Part shown: piece by piece, positions 19,921 to 29,138 of the stretch
How positions within the stretch are numbered: the stretch's first letter is position 1
Layout of the letters: every line of letters begins with the position of its first letter
Assembly: GCA_026387835.1 (NCBI GenBank)
Contig: JAPLKZ010000013.1
Location: 9,369 to 73,368 of the forward strand
Reading direction: 5' to 3'
DNA: 64,000 nucleotides
Origin: Candidatus Saganbacteria bacterium
Lineage (GTDB): Bacteria; Margulisbacteria; WOR-1; JAKLHX01
The notes under the pieces: generated by a model
Told to the model about the DNA's origin: nothing
The model's database searches: none
What the model saw: the letters and a program-made list of their open reading frames with translations, nothing else
Translations under genes and position numbers: made by a program

Positions 19921-21141
19921 ATGATAAACAACGCAGATACGGCATGGGTCTTGATCTCGACAGCGTTGGTGATACTTATGACGCCGGCATTGGCATTATT
20001 TTATGGTGGAATGGTAAGAAAGAAAAATATTCTTTCGACTTTAATGTTATCAATCGCAATACTTGCGATGATATCGGTCACATGGGTTCTGTTCGGTTAT
20101 TCTTTGGCATTCGGGCCTGATAAGCACGGAATAATCGGTGGGTTGGAGTGGGTAGGCCTAAGGGGGATCGGGGCAGCCCCCAATGCATCATATGCGGCAA
20201 CTGTCCCTCATCTGGCTTTTATGGTATTTCAGATGGCATTTGCGATAATCACGCCGGCACTGATCACGGGGGCTTTCGTCGAAAGGATAAATTTTCCCGG
20301 ATTCCTGCTGTATGCATTTTTGTGGTCAACATTTATCTATTGTCCGGTAACTCACTGGATCTGGGGGGCGGGCGGATGGCTGAAGAACATGGGAGTTCTT
20401 GATTTTGCCGGAGGTGCGGTCGTGCATATAACAGCAGGAATTTCGGCTCTGGCGGTAGCGTTAGTCGTTGGGAAAAGGATGGGATATAAAAAATATCCCA
20501 TGGAACCATCTAGCATACCATTGACGGTAATAGGTGCTTTTCTTTTATGGTTCGGCTGGTTCGGCTTCAACGCAGGTTCGGCGCTTTCATCGGGCTGGAT
20601 CGCCACATCAGCTTTTGTCGCTACAAATACATCCGGGGCTGCCGCAGCCTTTACCTGGATGATAATAAGTTGGATACATAAACGTCCAAGTGTTCTTGGA
20701 ATTTGCACAGGAGCTATAGTAGGGCTGGCTGCAATAACACCGGCAGCGGGATTTGTAAGCCCGCTTTCGGCGATCGCTATAGGCTCGGTGGCAGCGATTA
20801 TTTCGTATTATGCGATCATCATAAGGATGAAAACGAATCTGGACGATTCTCTCGATGTCTTTGCCTGCCACGGGATGGGAGGCATAACAGGGATGTTAGC
20901 TACAGGACTTTTAGCGGAAAAAGCAATAAACCCTAACGGAGCGAACGGTTTATTTTTCGGGAATCCCGGACAATTCTATATCCAGCTGCTGGCAGTCGCG
21001 GTTATCGCAGTATTCTCGTTCACAGTAAGTTTTACGCTCGCAAAGATCGTTGACGCGATGTTCTCCCTCAGGGCCACGGAGGATGAGGAAGAGATCGGCC
21101 TCGATCTTAGCCAGCACGGTGAAAGTGCTTATTCGATCTAA
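19921..21141 (+). CDS. amtB: Ammonium transporter (second tandem paralog)
   Basis: 406 aa, roughly 75% identical to the upstream copy over its full length. Confidence 0.95.
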   Translation: MINNADTAWVLISTALVILMTPALALFYGGMVRKKNILSTLMLSIAILAMISVTWVLFGYSLAFGPDKHGIIGGLEWVGLRGIGAAPNASYAATVPHLAFMVFQMAFAIITPALITGAFVERINFPGFLLYAFLWSTFIYCPVTHWIWGAGGWLKNMGVLDFAGGAVVHITAGISALAVALVVGKRMGYKKYPMEPSSIPLTVIGAFLLWFGWFGFNAGSALSSGWIATSAFVATNTSGAAAAFTWMIISWIHKRPSVLGICTGAIVGLAAITPAAGFVSPLSAIAIGSVAAIISYYAIIIRMKTNLDDSLDVFACHGMGGITGMLATGLLAEKAINPNGANGLFFGNPGQFYIQLLAVAVIAVFSFTVSFTLAKIVDAMFSLRATEDEEEIGLDLSQHGESAYSI

Positions 21142-21161
21142 AAAAATAGGAGGTGTTTAAG

Positions 21162-21506
21162 ATGGGATTTAAAAAAATTGAGGCGATAATAAGGCCTGAA
21201 AAACTCGAAGATGTCAGGGTGGCACTTGAGGCTGCGGGGTTCATTGGCATGACAGTTACCGAAGTTAAAGGAAGAGGCAGTCAAAAGGGAGTCGTCCTCG
21301 AATGGAGGGCGGGAGAGTACAGGGTCGAGTTCCTCTCAAAATTGAAGATAGAGATCGTAGTGGACGAATTTGACTCGGAAAGGGCGGTAAAAGCGATAGA
21401 AGAAGCGGCCAGGACGGGGAAAACAGGGGATGGCAAGATATTTTCATACGCGGTAGATAACATAGTCCGGGTCAGGACCGGGGAAAGGGGGAACAAAGCT
21501 CTGTAA
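21162..21506 (+). CDS. glnK: PII nitrogen regulatory protein
   Basis: Contains TVTEVKGRGSQKG...EY (T-loop) and TGKTGDGKIF. RBS AGGAGG 9 nt upstream; immediately downstream of amtB. Confidence 0.9.
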   Translation: MGFKKIEAIIRPEKLEDVRVALEAAGFIGMTVTEVKGRGSQKGVVLEWRAGEYRVEFLSKLKIEIVVDEFDSERAVKAIEEAARTGKTGDGKIFSYAVDNIVRVRTGERGNKAL

Positions 21507-21555
21507 AGATAAATATCCCGCGCCCTTACAAATAAATAATAGGAGGAGAATTGAA

Positions 21556-22890
21556 ATGACGAGCAAAGAAGAGATATTAAAACAGGTTAAAGATAACAAT
21601 ATTGAATTTATTAGATTATGGTTCACTGATATCAACGGTATCCTTAAAAGTTTCGCGATCGGACCAGATGAACTCGAGGGTGCGCTGACGCAGGGAATGG
21701 GCTTTGATGGATCGTCAATAACAGGGTTCCAGGACATCGAGGAATCAGACATGATAGCGATGCCGGACACGGAGACATTCGCTATTCTTCCATGGAGACC
21801 GCAGGAAACCCCGGTTGCAAGGATGATCTGTGATATCTTCCAGCCTGCAGCCGGCAAGCACAAACCTTACGAAGGTGATCCGCGGTTTATTTTAAAAAGG
21901 GCATTGGAGAAGATGAATAAAATGGGTTTCGATCATTTTTATGTGGGACCCGAGCTCGAATATTTTTATTTCAAAAACTCCGAAGGTACCGAGATCCTGG
22001 ACCAGGGCGGATATTTTGATCTTACTCCGCTTGATATGGCATCTGACCTGAGGCGTGATACCATCAAAGCGCTGAGAAGGCTTGGCGTGGTAATAGAATA
22101 TTCCCACCATGAGGTCGCTCCTTCACAGCATGAGATAGATATGAGATATGCCGACGCGCTGAAGATGGCGGACAATACGGTCACATACAAGCTGACCGTA
22201 AAAGAGATCGCATCAATGCATGGAGTATACGCTACTTTCATGCCGAAACCGATCTTCGGGCAGAACGGGAGCGGCATGCATGTCCACCAGTCGCTGTTCA
22301 AGGGAAAATCAAATGCCTTTTATGATGCAAATGACAAGTACAATCTGTCAGATATAGCAAAATCATATATCGCCGGCATCTTGAAACACGCGCCTGAAAT
22401 GATATCGATACTTGCTCCGGGGGTGAATTCATATAAAAGACTGGTGCCAGGGTTTGAAGCTCCTGTGTATATCGCCTGGTCAAGGCGCAACAGGTCGGCT
22501 CTTGTCAGGGTTCCCATGTACCAGCCGGGCAAAGAAGTGGCGACCAGGATGGAATTGAGATGTCCTGATCCATCGGGAAACCCATACCTTCAATTCGCGG
22601 TCATGTTACAGGCCGGCTTAAAAGGGATCCAAGAAGGTTATAAACTTCCTGAGCCGATGGAACTTAACCTGTATCATCTGAGCGATGAAGAAAGGGCGGA
22701 GCGCGGAATAAAATCTCTTCCTGCAAGCCTCGGCGAAGCCATCGCAATAACGGAAAAGAGCGAGCTTGTCAAAGAAGCTCTTGGCAAACACACATTTGAA
22801 AGATTCATAACTGTAAAAAAACAGGAATGGGATGATTTCAGGATCCAGGTCACGGAGTATGAAATAAAGAGGTATTTGCCGATATTATAA
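21556..22890 (+). CDS. glnA: Glutamine synthetase, type I (about 444 aa form)
   Basis: Gln-synt N and C domains with signatures (…FDGSSI…, …NGSGMHVHQS…). RBS AGGAGG. Confidence 0.95.
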   Translation: MTSKEEILKQVKDNNIEFIRLWFTDINGILKSFAIGPDELEGALTQGMGFDGSSITGFQDIEESDMIAMPDTETFAILPWRPQETPVARMICDIFQPAAGKHKPYEGDPRFILKRALEKMNKMGFDHFYVGPELEYFYFKNSEGTEILDQGGYFDLTPLDMASDLRRDTIKALRRLGVVIEYSHHEVAPSQHEIDMRYADALKMADNTVTYKLTVKEIASMHGVYATFMPKPIFGQNGSGMHVHQSLFKGKSNAFYDANDKYNLSDIAKSYIAGILKHAPEMISILAPGVNSYKRLVPGFEAPVYIAWSRRNRSALVRVPMYQPGKEVATRMELRCPDPSGNPYLQFAVMLQAGLKGIQEGYKLPEPMELNLYHLSDEERAERGIKSLPASLGEAIAITEKSELVKEALGKHTFERFITVKKQEWDDFRIQVTEYEIKRYLPIL

Positions 22891-22899
22891 GTTAAAATA

Positions 22900-22931
22900 A
22901 GGCGGGGCGGCTGTCGTCCCGCCTATTTATT
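22900..22931 (+). terminator. Rho-independent terminator after glnA
   Basis: A GGCGGG…CCCGCC stem followed by ATTTATT. Confidence 0.55.
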
Positions 22932-22943
22932 CAGTATCGATGC

Positions 22944-23183
22944 GTGAAAAATAGGCAAAAGAACATGAAAATCGACGAAATAAAAAAAGACCTTAATGAG
23001 ATGTTCTTTATCGAATACAGGGGAAAAATATACAAAACTCTTGTGGAAGCGCTGGAAAAACAGATGTTTGAAGCGACGCTCGATTATACGAACGGGAACA
23101 AGCTCAAATCCGCGAGAGTTTTAGGGATAAACAGAAATACGCTTTCTGCAAAGCTGAAAAAGTTAGGGCTGTGGAGGATTTGA
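22944..23183 (+). CDS. Stand-alone Fis-family HTH DNA-binding protein
   Basis: 79 aa; the C-terminus LKSARVLGINRNTLSAKLKKLGLW matches the Fis/NtrC C-terminal HTH. Its stop TGA abuts the gltB ATG. Confidence 0.6.
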   Translation: MKNRQKNMKIDEIKKDLNEMFFIEYRGKIYKTLVEALEKQMFEATLDYTNGNKLKSARVLGINRNTLSAKLKKLGLWRI

Positions 23184-26100
23184 ATGCCATACCCCATTAA
23201 ACAAGCGGGACTTTATGACAGCTCTTTTGAGCATGACAGCTGCGGTGTCGGGTTTGTCTGCAATATCAAAGGGATAAAATCACACGAGATGATCGAAAAG
23301 GGCATCGAAGTCCTTGAAAGATTGAGCCACAGGGGCGCGGTAGGCGCGGACCCAAAGACAGGGGACGGTGCCGGCATACTGATCCAGCTGCCTTACGAAT
23401 ATTTCAAGGATGAGTTTGAAAAAGAGGGCAAAAAGATCCCGTCACACGAGAAGTTCGCTGCCGGGATAATATTTTTACCGGCCGGCAGTAACGACAGGTT
23501 ATTCTGCGAAGAAAATATCGAGAGGCTTCTAAAAGAACAATCTCTGGATTTTTTGGGTTTTAAAGAAGTTCCTGTTGATGATTCAGCAATAGGCCGTACC
23601 GCAAAAAAAACACAACCGGTCATAAAATATCTGTTTACCGGTGCCGGAAGGGGCACTGCAAGCAGGCAGCATTTCGAGGTAAAACTCTATATTGCAAGAA
23701 AAAAGATAGAGAATTTCATAAGGAACAGCGGGATCACACAAAAAGATTCTTTCTACATAGTCAGCCTTTCCTCGAAGACCATCTGCTACAAAGGACTCCT
23801 GATGCCTAAGCAGATAAAGGATTTCTTTCCGGAATTAAAAGACAAGAGGATAAAATCCTGCCTGGCGCTGGTCCATTCAAGATACAGCACAAATACGTTC
23901 CCGACCTGGGACCTTGCGCAGCCGTTCAGGTTCCTTGCTCATAACGGCGAGATAAATACTCTGCGCGGGAATATAAACTGGATGAACACCAGGGAAAAGT
24001 TGTTCGAAAGCAGGGTATTCGGAGATGATATTAAAGAAATACTGCCGGCGGTCGTCCCTGGCGGCAGCGATTCGGCGTCTTTTGACAATGTGTTTGAGCT
24101 TTTGGTCGTTGCGGGGAGGTCTCTTCCTCACGTGATGATGATGCTAATCCCGGCGGTCTGGCAAAAGAACGAACTTATAAAAAAAGAACACAGGGACTTT
24201 TATAAATACCATTCCTGCATGATGGAGCCGTGGGACGGGCCGGCCGCGATCTGTTTTACGGACGGGGAAATAATCGGAGGAATACTGGACCGTAACGGTC
24301 TCAGGCCCTGCAGGTATGTGATAACAAAAGATGACTTTGTTGTGATGGCTTCGGAAGTCGGAGTGCTTGATATTCCGGCTGATAGAGTTGTGGAAAAAGG
24401 AAAGCTTTCTCCCGGGAAAATGTTCCTTGTGGACACGGTCGCGGGAAAGATAATCGATGACAAAAAAATAAAGGATGAAATATCGTCAAGAAAGCCTTAC
24501 GGTAAATGGCTTGAAGAAAACCTGGTGCATTTGGATCAAATAAAAACTCCTTCAGATAACGGCAAAGAAAAAGCAACCGACCTGTTTAAACTCCAAAAAG
24601 CGGCAGGCTATACAAGGGAAGATCTTAAGTTCATTCTTAAGCCGATGATAGAAAAAGGTCAGGAGCCCATCGGCTCCATGGGGAATGACATCCCGTATGC
24701 GGTGCTTTCGGAAAGACCGCAGATGCTGTTCTCTTATTTCAAGCAGTTGTTCGCCCAGGTGACGAACCCCGCGATAGATCCGATCCGGGAAGAACTGGTC
24801 ATGTCCCTTGAAAGTGCAATCGGACCGCAGCAGAACCTCCTTTCAGAGGGGCATCTTCATTGCAGAAAGTTGAACGTGATAAACCCGATCCTGACCGATG
24901 AAGAGCTTAGAAAGATAAAAAGTATCGATGTGAACGGCCTGAAGTCAAAGACAATATCTTTGCTCTTTGATCCGGAAATAGCCGGCTCGTTCAAATCGGC
25001 GATAGACCGCGTCTGCAACGAAGCGTTGCAGGTAATAGACGAAGGCTATTCTTTGCTGATATTGAGCGATAAAGGGGTCAATAAAAAGAAAGCGGCAATA
25101 CCTTCTCTTCTTGCGATGGGTGCGGTGCAACACCATCTTATAAGGCAGGGAGCAAGATCAAAAGCTGCCATCATTATCGAAAGCATGGAGCCGAGGGAAG
25201 TGATGCATTTTGCTCTTCTGTTCGGCTTTGGCGCTGACTGTGTTAACCCATATCTGGCGTATGAGGTCGTCGATCAGATCGTAAACGAGGAAAAACTCGA
25301 TGTCACGCTTGAGAACGCAAAAAAGAACTTCATAAAAGCGATCGAAAAAGGAATATTGAAAGTCCTTTCAAAGATGGGGATATCTTTGCTTGACAGTTAC
25401 CGCGGGGCCCAGATATTTGAAGCGGTCGGTCTGGGCAGCGAGGTGATCTACAGATATTTTTTCGGTACCGTATCAAGGATAGGCGGCATAAACACGGATA
25501 TTATCGAAAAAGAAACAGTCATGCGGCACAATTCTGCTTTTGGACAGGAAACGGAGATGCAGATCCTTCCCTCGGGCGGCATCTACCAGTGGCGGCAGGA
25601 CGGGGAATTCCATTTGTTGAGTCCCGCGGCAATATGCAGCTTCCAGCAGGCTGTAAGGAATAATGATCCTGTAAAATACCGGGAGTTTGCCGATCTGGTA
25701 AACGACCAGAAAGGTCATCTTTGCACTTTAAGAAGCGCCCTGAAATTCAAAGAACAGGCTGCTGTAGCGATCAACGAAGTAGAGAGTGCGAGCGAGATCG
25801 TAAAAAGGTTTGTGACAGGCGCGATGAGCTATGGTTCCGTCAGCAAGGAAGTTCACGAAACGATAGCCATCGTGATGAACCGTCTCGGAGCAAGATCCAA
25901 CAGCGGTGAGGGTGGAGAGGACCCCGCAAGATTCAAACCGCTTGCCAACGGTGACAGCAAAAGGAGCGCGATAAAACAGGTCGCTTCGGGCAGGTTCGGG
26001 GTTACGAGCAATTATCTTGTGAACGCGGATGAACTTCAGATCAAAATAGCACAGGGAGCAAAACCCGGGGAGGGAGGCCAGCTTCCCGGACATAAAGTCA

Positions 26101-27695
26101 ATGCCGTTATCGCCAGGATACGGTATTCGGTCCCGGGGGTCACACTGATATCACCGCCTCCGCACCACGACATCTATTCAATAGAAGATCTGGCGCAGTT
26201 GATATTTGATCTTAAGAACGCAAATCCGGAGGCGAGGGTGAGCGTAAAACTTGTTTCAGAGACAGGAGTAGGGACGATCGCTGCCGGTGTCGCAAAAGGA
26301 CATGCCGATATGATACTCATCTCCGGCGGTGACGGCGGCACGGGTGCGTCACCTCTAAGTTCCATAAAGCATGCCGGGCTGCCGTGGGAACTCGGGCTGG
26401 CAGAAACGCATCAGACGCTGGTGCTTAACAATCTCAGGAGCAGAGTAAAGCTGCAGACTGACGGCCAACTGCGCACGGGGCGCGATATTGTAATGGCTGC
26501 GATACTCGGAGCTGACGAGTTTGGTTTTGCTACACCTGCCCTTATGACGATGGGATGCGTGATGCTTAGGCATTGTCATCTTAACAATTGTTCGGTAGGT
26601 ATAGCGACCCAGGATGAGGCCCTCAGAAAAAGGTTTGCGGGCAAACCGGAATATCTGGAGAACTATCTTAAGTTCGTTGCGGAAGAAGCAAGGGCGATAA
26701 TGGCGCAGCTTGGGGTCAGAAAGATCGACGAGCTTGTCGGAAGGACGGACCTCCTGGAGATCGACGAAAATCTGCTTAACTGGAAAAGCAAAAATATCGA
26801 CTATTCAAAGATCCTGTTCAAGCCGGACATGCAGATAAACGGGCCAAGGTTGCAGGACCACGGACTAAAAAATGTCATTGATAAAATACTCATAGAAAAA
26901 TGCGATACGGCGATAGAAAAAAGGCAAAATATTACTTTAGAAATGACGCTAAAAAATCACAACAGGACGGTGGGTACGATGCTCAGCTCCAGGATCTCAA
27001 AAAAATGGGGGGAAGAAGGTCTCCCCGATGACACTATAAGACTTAAATTCAAGGGGAGTTCAGGACAGAGCTTTGGGGCTTTTCTCGCAAAGGGGGTCAC
27101 GTTGGAGCTTGAGGGTGAATGCAATGATTATGTCGGCAAAGGACTTTCGGGCGGGAAGATCATCGTTTATCCTGACAGATCATCCAGGTTCGATGCCAAA
27201 GAAAATATCGTGATCGGCAACACGGCTTTTTACGGAGCCACGGGAGGAGATGCTTACATAAGAGGCATTGCTGGAGAAAGATTCTGTGTAAGGAATTCCG
27301 GTATTTATGCGGTAGTCGAAGGGATCGGGGACCACGGCTGTGAGTACATGACGGGCGGCCGCGTGGCGATACTCGGAAAGACGGGAAGGAATTTTGCCGC
27401 CGGGATGTCCGGCGGAATAGCTTATGTATATGATATCGACGGAAAATTCGCTCAAAGGTGCAATACAGCGATGGTAGAGCTCAGTATGCCGTCCGTCAGA
27501 GATGAATCGATCTTAATGTATCTTCTGGAAAACCATTACAAATATACCAGAAGTGATGTCGCGAAAAAGATCCTCGATAATTTTTCCGAGGAAATAAAAA
27601 GGATCATACGCGTCATACCGAAAGAATACAAATCCATACTTATAGCTGACGGCACTTATAAATATGAAGAAACACCGCCGGATCCGGAAGGGTAG
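23184..27695 (+). CDS. gltB: Glutamate synthase large subunit
   Basis: 1503 aa: N-terminal Ntn amidotransferase with Cys1 (MPYPIKQAGLYDSSFEHDSCGVGF), central, FMN/Fe-S and C-terminal GXGXG domains. Confidence 0.95.
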   Translation: MPYPIKQAGLYDSSFEHDSCGVGFVCNIKGIKSHEMIEKGIEVLERLSHRGAVGADPKTGDGAGILIQLPYEYFKDEFEKEGKKIPSHEKFAAGIIFLPAGSNDRLFCEENIERLLKEQSLDFLGFKEVPVDDSAIGRTAKKTQPVIKYLFTGAGRGTASRQHFEVKLYIARKKIENFIRNSGITQKDSFYIVSLSSKTICYKGLLMPKQIKDFFPELKDKRIKSCLALVHSRYSTNTFPTWDLAQPFRFLAHNGEINTLRGNINWMNTREKLFESRVFGDDIKEILPAVVPGGSDSASFDNVFELLVVAGRSLPHVMMMLIPAVWQKNELIKKEHRDFYKYHSCMMEPWDGPAAICFTDGEIIGGILDRNGLRPCRYVITKDDFVVMASEVGVLDIPADRVVEKGKLSPGKMFLVDTVAGKIIDDKKIKDEISSRKPYGKWLEENLVHLDQIKTPSDNGKEKATDLFKLQKAAGYTREDLKFILKPMIEKGQEPIGSMGNDIPYAVLSERPQMLFSYFKQLFAQVTNPAIDPIREELVMSLESAIGPQQNLLSEGHLHCRKLNVINPILTDEELRKIKSIDVNGLKSKTISLLFDPEIAGSFKSAIDRVCNEALQVIDEGYSLLILSDKGVNKKKAAIPSLLAMGAVQHHLIRQGARSKAAIIIESMEPREVMHFALLFGFGADCVNPYLAYEVVDQIVNEEKLDVTLENAKKNFIKAIEKGILKVLSKMGISLLDSYRGAQIFEAVGLGSEVIYRYFFGTVSRIGGINTDIIEKETVMRHNSAFGQETEMQILPSGGIYQWRQDGEFHLLSPAAICSFQQAVRNNDPVKYREFADLVNDQKGHLCTLRSALKFKEQAAVAINEVESASEIVKRFVTGAMSYGSVSKEVHETIAIVMNRLGARSNSGEGGEDPARFKPLANGDSKRSAIKQVASGRFGVTSNYLVNADELQIKIAQGAKPGEGGQLPGHKVNAVIARIRYSVPGVTLISPPPHHDIYSIEDLAQLIFDLKNANPEARVSVKLVSETGVGTIAAGVAKGHADMILISGGDGGTGASPLSSIKHAGLPWELGLAETHQTLVLNNLRSRVKLQTDGQLRTGRDIVMAAILGADEFGFATPALMTMGCVMLRHCHLNNCSVGIATQDEALRKRFAGKPEYLENYLKFVAEEARAIMAQLGVRKIDELVGRTDLLEIDENLLNWKSKNIDYSKILFKPDMQINGPRLQDHGLKNVIDKILIEKCDTAIEKRQNITLEMTLKNHNRTVGTMLSSRISKKWGEEGLPDDTIRLKFKGSSGQSFGAFLAKGVTLELEGECNDYVGKGLSGGKIIVYPDRSSRFDAKENIVIGNTAFYGATGGDAYIRGIAGERFCVRNSGIYAVVEGIGDHGCEYMTGGRVAILGKTGRNFAAGMSGGIAYVYDIDGKFAQRCNTAMVELSMPSVRDESILMYLLENHYKYTRSDVAKKILDNFSEEIKRIIRVIPKEYKSILIADGTYKYEETPPDPEG

Positions 27696-27707
27696 GAGAA
27701 GATAAAA

Positions 27708-29138
27708 ATGGGAGACCCCAAAGGTTTTTTAACGACAAAAAGGGAGAGCTGTTCTTTGCGGAGCGTGAAAGAGCGGGTTTCCGACTATAAAGAGGTCTTT
27801 CAGATGCGTGAAAGCGATTGCTCAAGATCTCAGGCTTCACGCTGCATGGACTGCGGGACGCCTTTTTGCCACGTATCCTGCCCGATATCAAACATAATTC
27901 CCGAGTGGAACGATCTTTTGTTCCGCGGGATGTCGGAAGAAGCATTCAAAATGCTTTCGGCTACTAACTGTCTGCCGGAAGTCACGGGCAGGGTATGCCC
28001 TGCGCCTTGTGAATACGGATGCGTACTCGGGATAAACGACGACCCCGTCACTATACGCGAGAACGAGCTGGCGATAATAGAAGAAGCTTTTTCAAACGGG
28101 ATAATAAAGGCAGATCCTCCAAAGAAAAGAACAGGGAAGAAAGTTGCTGTCATAGGTTCCGGCCCGTCCGGACTTTCAGCCGCTTATCATCTGAACAAGT
28201 CCGGCCACACAGTTGTCGTCTTTGAGAGAGATGATAAGGCCGGAGGTATCATGAGATACGGAATTCCCGACTTCAAGCTATCAAAAGATATCCTGGACAG
28301 GAGGATCGGACTTTTTAAACAGGAAGGCATAGAGTTCAGGACAAATATAAATATAGGCGAGGACATCCCGGCGGCAAAACTGCTGAAAGAGTTTGATGCG
28401 GTATGCCTTGCCTGCGGGTCAAGGACTCCGCGGGACCTTAATGTCGAAGGAAGAGACCTCAAAAGCATATGTTTTGCGATGGATTATCTTATACAATCCA
28501 ATAAAAAAGTCGAAGGTCATAGTATCGATGAAAAAGGAATTATCGATGCAAAAGGTAAGAATGTTATCGTTATCGGCGGCGGAGATACCGGTTCAGACTG
28601 TGTGGGAACAGCCAACAGGCAGGGCGCAAAAAGCGTGGTACAGATAGAACTTCTCCAAAAGCCGCTTCAGTGCAGGCTTGACAGCCAGCCGTGGCCGCAG
28701 TACCCGACATTATTAAAAACCACCTCGAGCCATGAAGAGGGATGCGAAAGGCAGTGGAGCGTCATGACAAAAAAATTATCAGGCAGCAACGGCATTGTCA
28801 AAAAGCTCCATGCCATGCTTGTTGATTTTTCGAATACCGATCAAAAGGGATGCAGAATAATGCAGGAAGTCCCAGGTTCGGATTTTGAAATAGATGCGGA
28901 TATGGTCATTTTGGCCCTCGGGTTTCTCCATACTGAAAAGGGGAAACTGCTGGACGAGCTCGGTATCGAATTTGATCCTAGAGGTAACGTGAAGACAGAC
29001 GCGGATAATATGACCTCCGTTAAAGGAATCTTTTCTGCGGGAGATATGAGGAGGGGGCAGTCGCTCGTTGTCTGGGCGATCGATGAAGGGAGAAGGGCCG
29101 CTGAAAGCATCAATTCTTTTCTAAAGGATAGAAAATGA
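27708..29138 (+). CDS. gltD: Glutamate synthase small subunit (NADPH)
   Basis: 476 aa with Fe-S Cys clusters and two Rossmann GxGxxG motifs (VAVIGSGPSG, VIVIGGGDTG). Confidence 0.9.
   Translation: MGDPKGFLTTKRESCSLRSVKERVSDYKEVFQMRESDCSRSQASRCMDCGTPFCHVSCPISNIIPEWNDLLFRGMSEEAFKMLSATNCLPEVTGRVCPAPCEYGCVLGINDDPVTIRENELAIIEEAFSNGIIKADPPKKRTGKKVAVIGSGPSGLSAAYHLNKSGHTVVVFERDDKAGGIMRYGIPDFKLSKDILDRRIGLFKQEGIEFRTNINIGEDIPAAKLLKEFDAVCLACGSRTPRDLNVEGRDLKSICFAMDYLIQSNKKVEGHSIDEKGIIDAKGKNVIVIGGGDTGSDCVGTANRQGAKSVVQIELLQKPLQCRLDSQPWPQYPTLLKTTSSHEEGCERQWSVMTKKLSGSNGIVKKLHAMLVDFSNTDQKGCRIMQEVPGSDFEIDADMVILALGFLHTEKGKLLDELGIEFDPRGNVKTDADNMTSVKGIFSAGDMRRGQSLVVWAIDEGRRAAESINSFLKDRK

Noticed and set aside
23393-27455. 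Multiple 60-120-aa ORFs on both strands inside gltB
   Set aside because: All are embedded in the 1503-aa glutamate synthase reading frame, whose domain order is intact.
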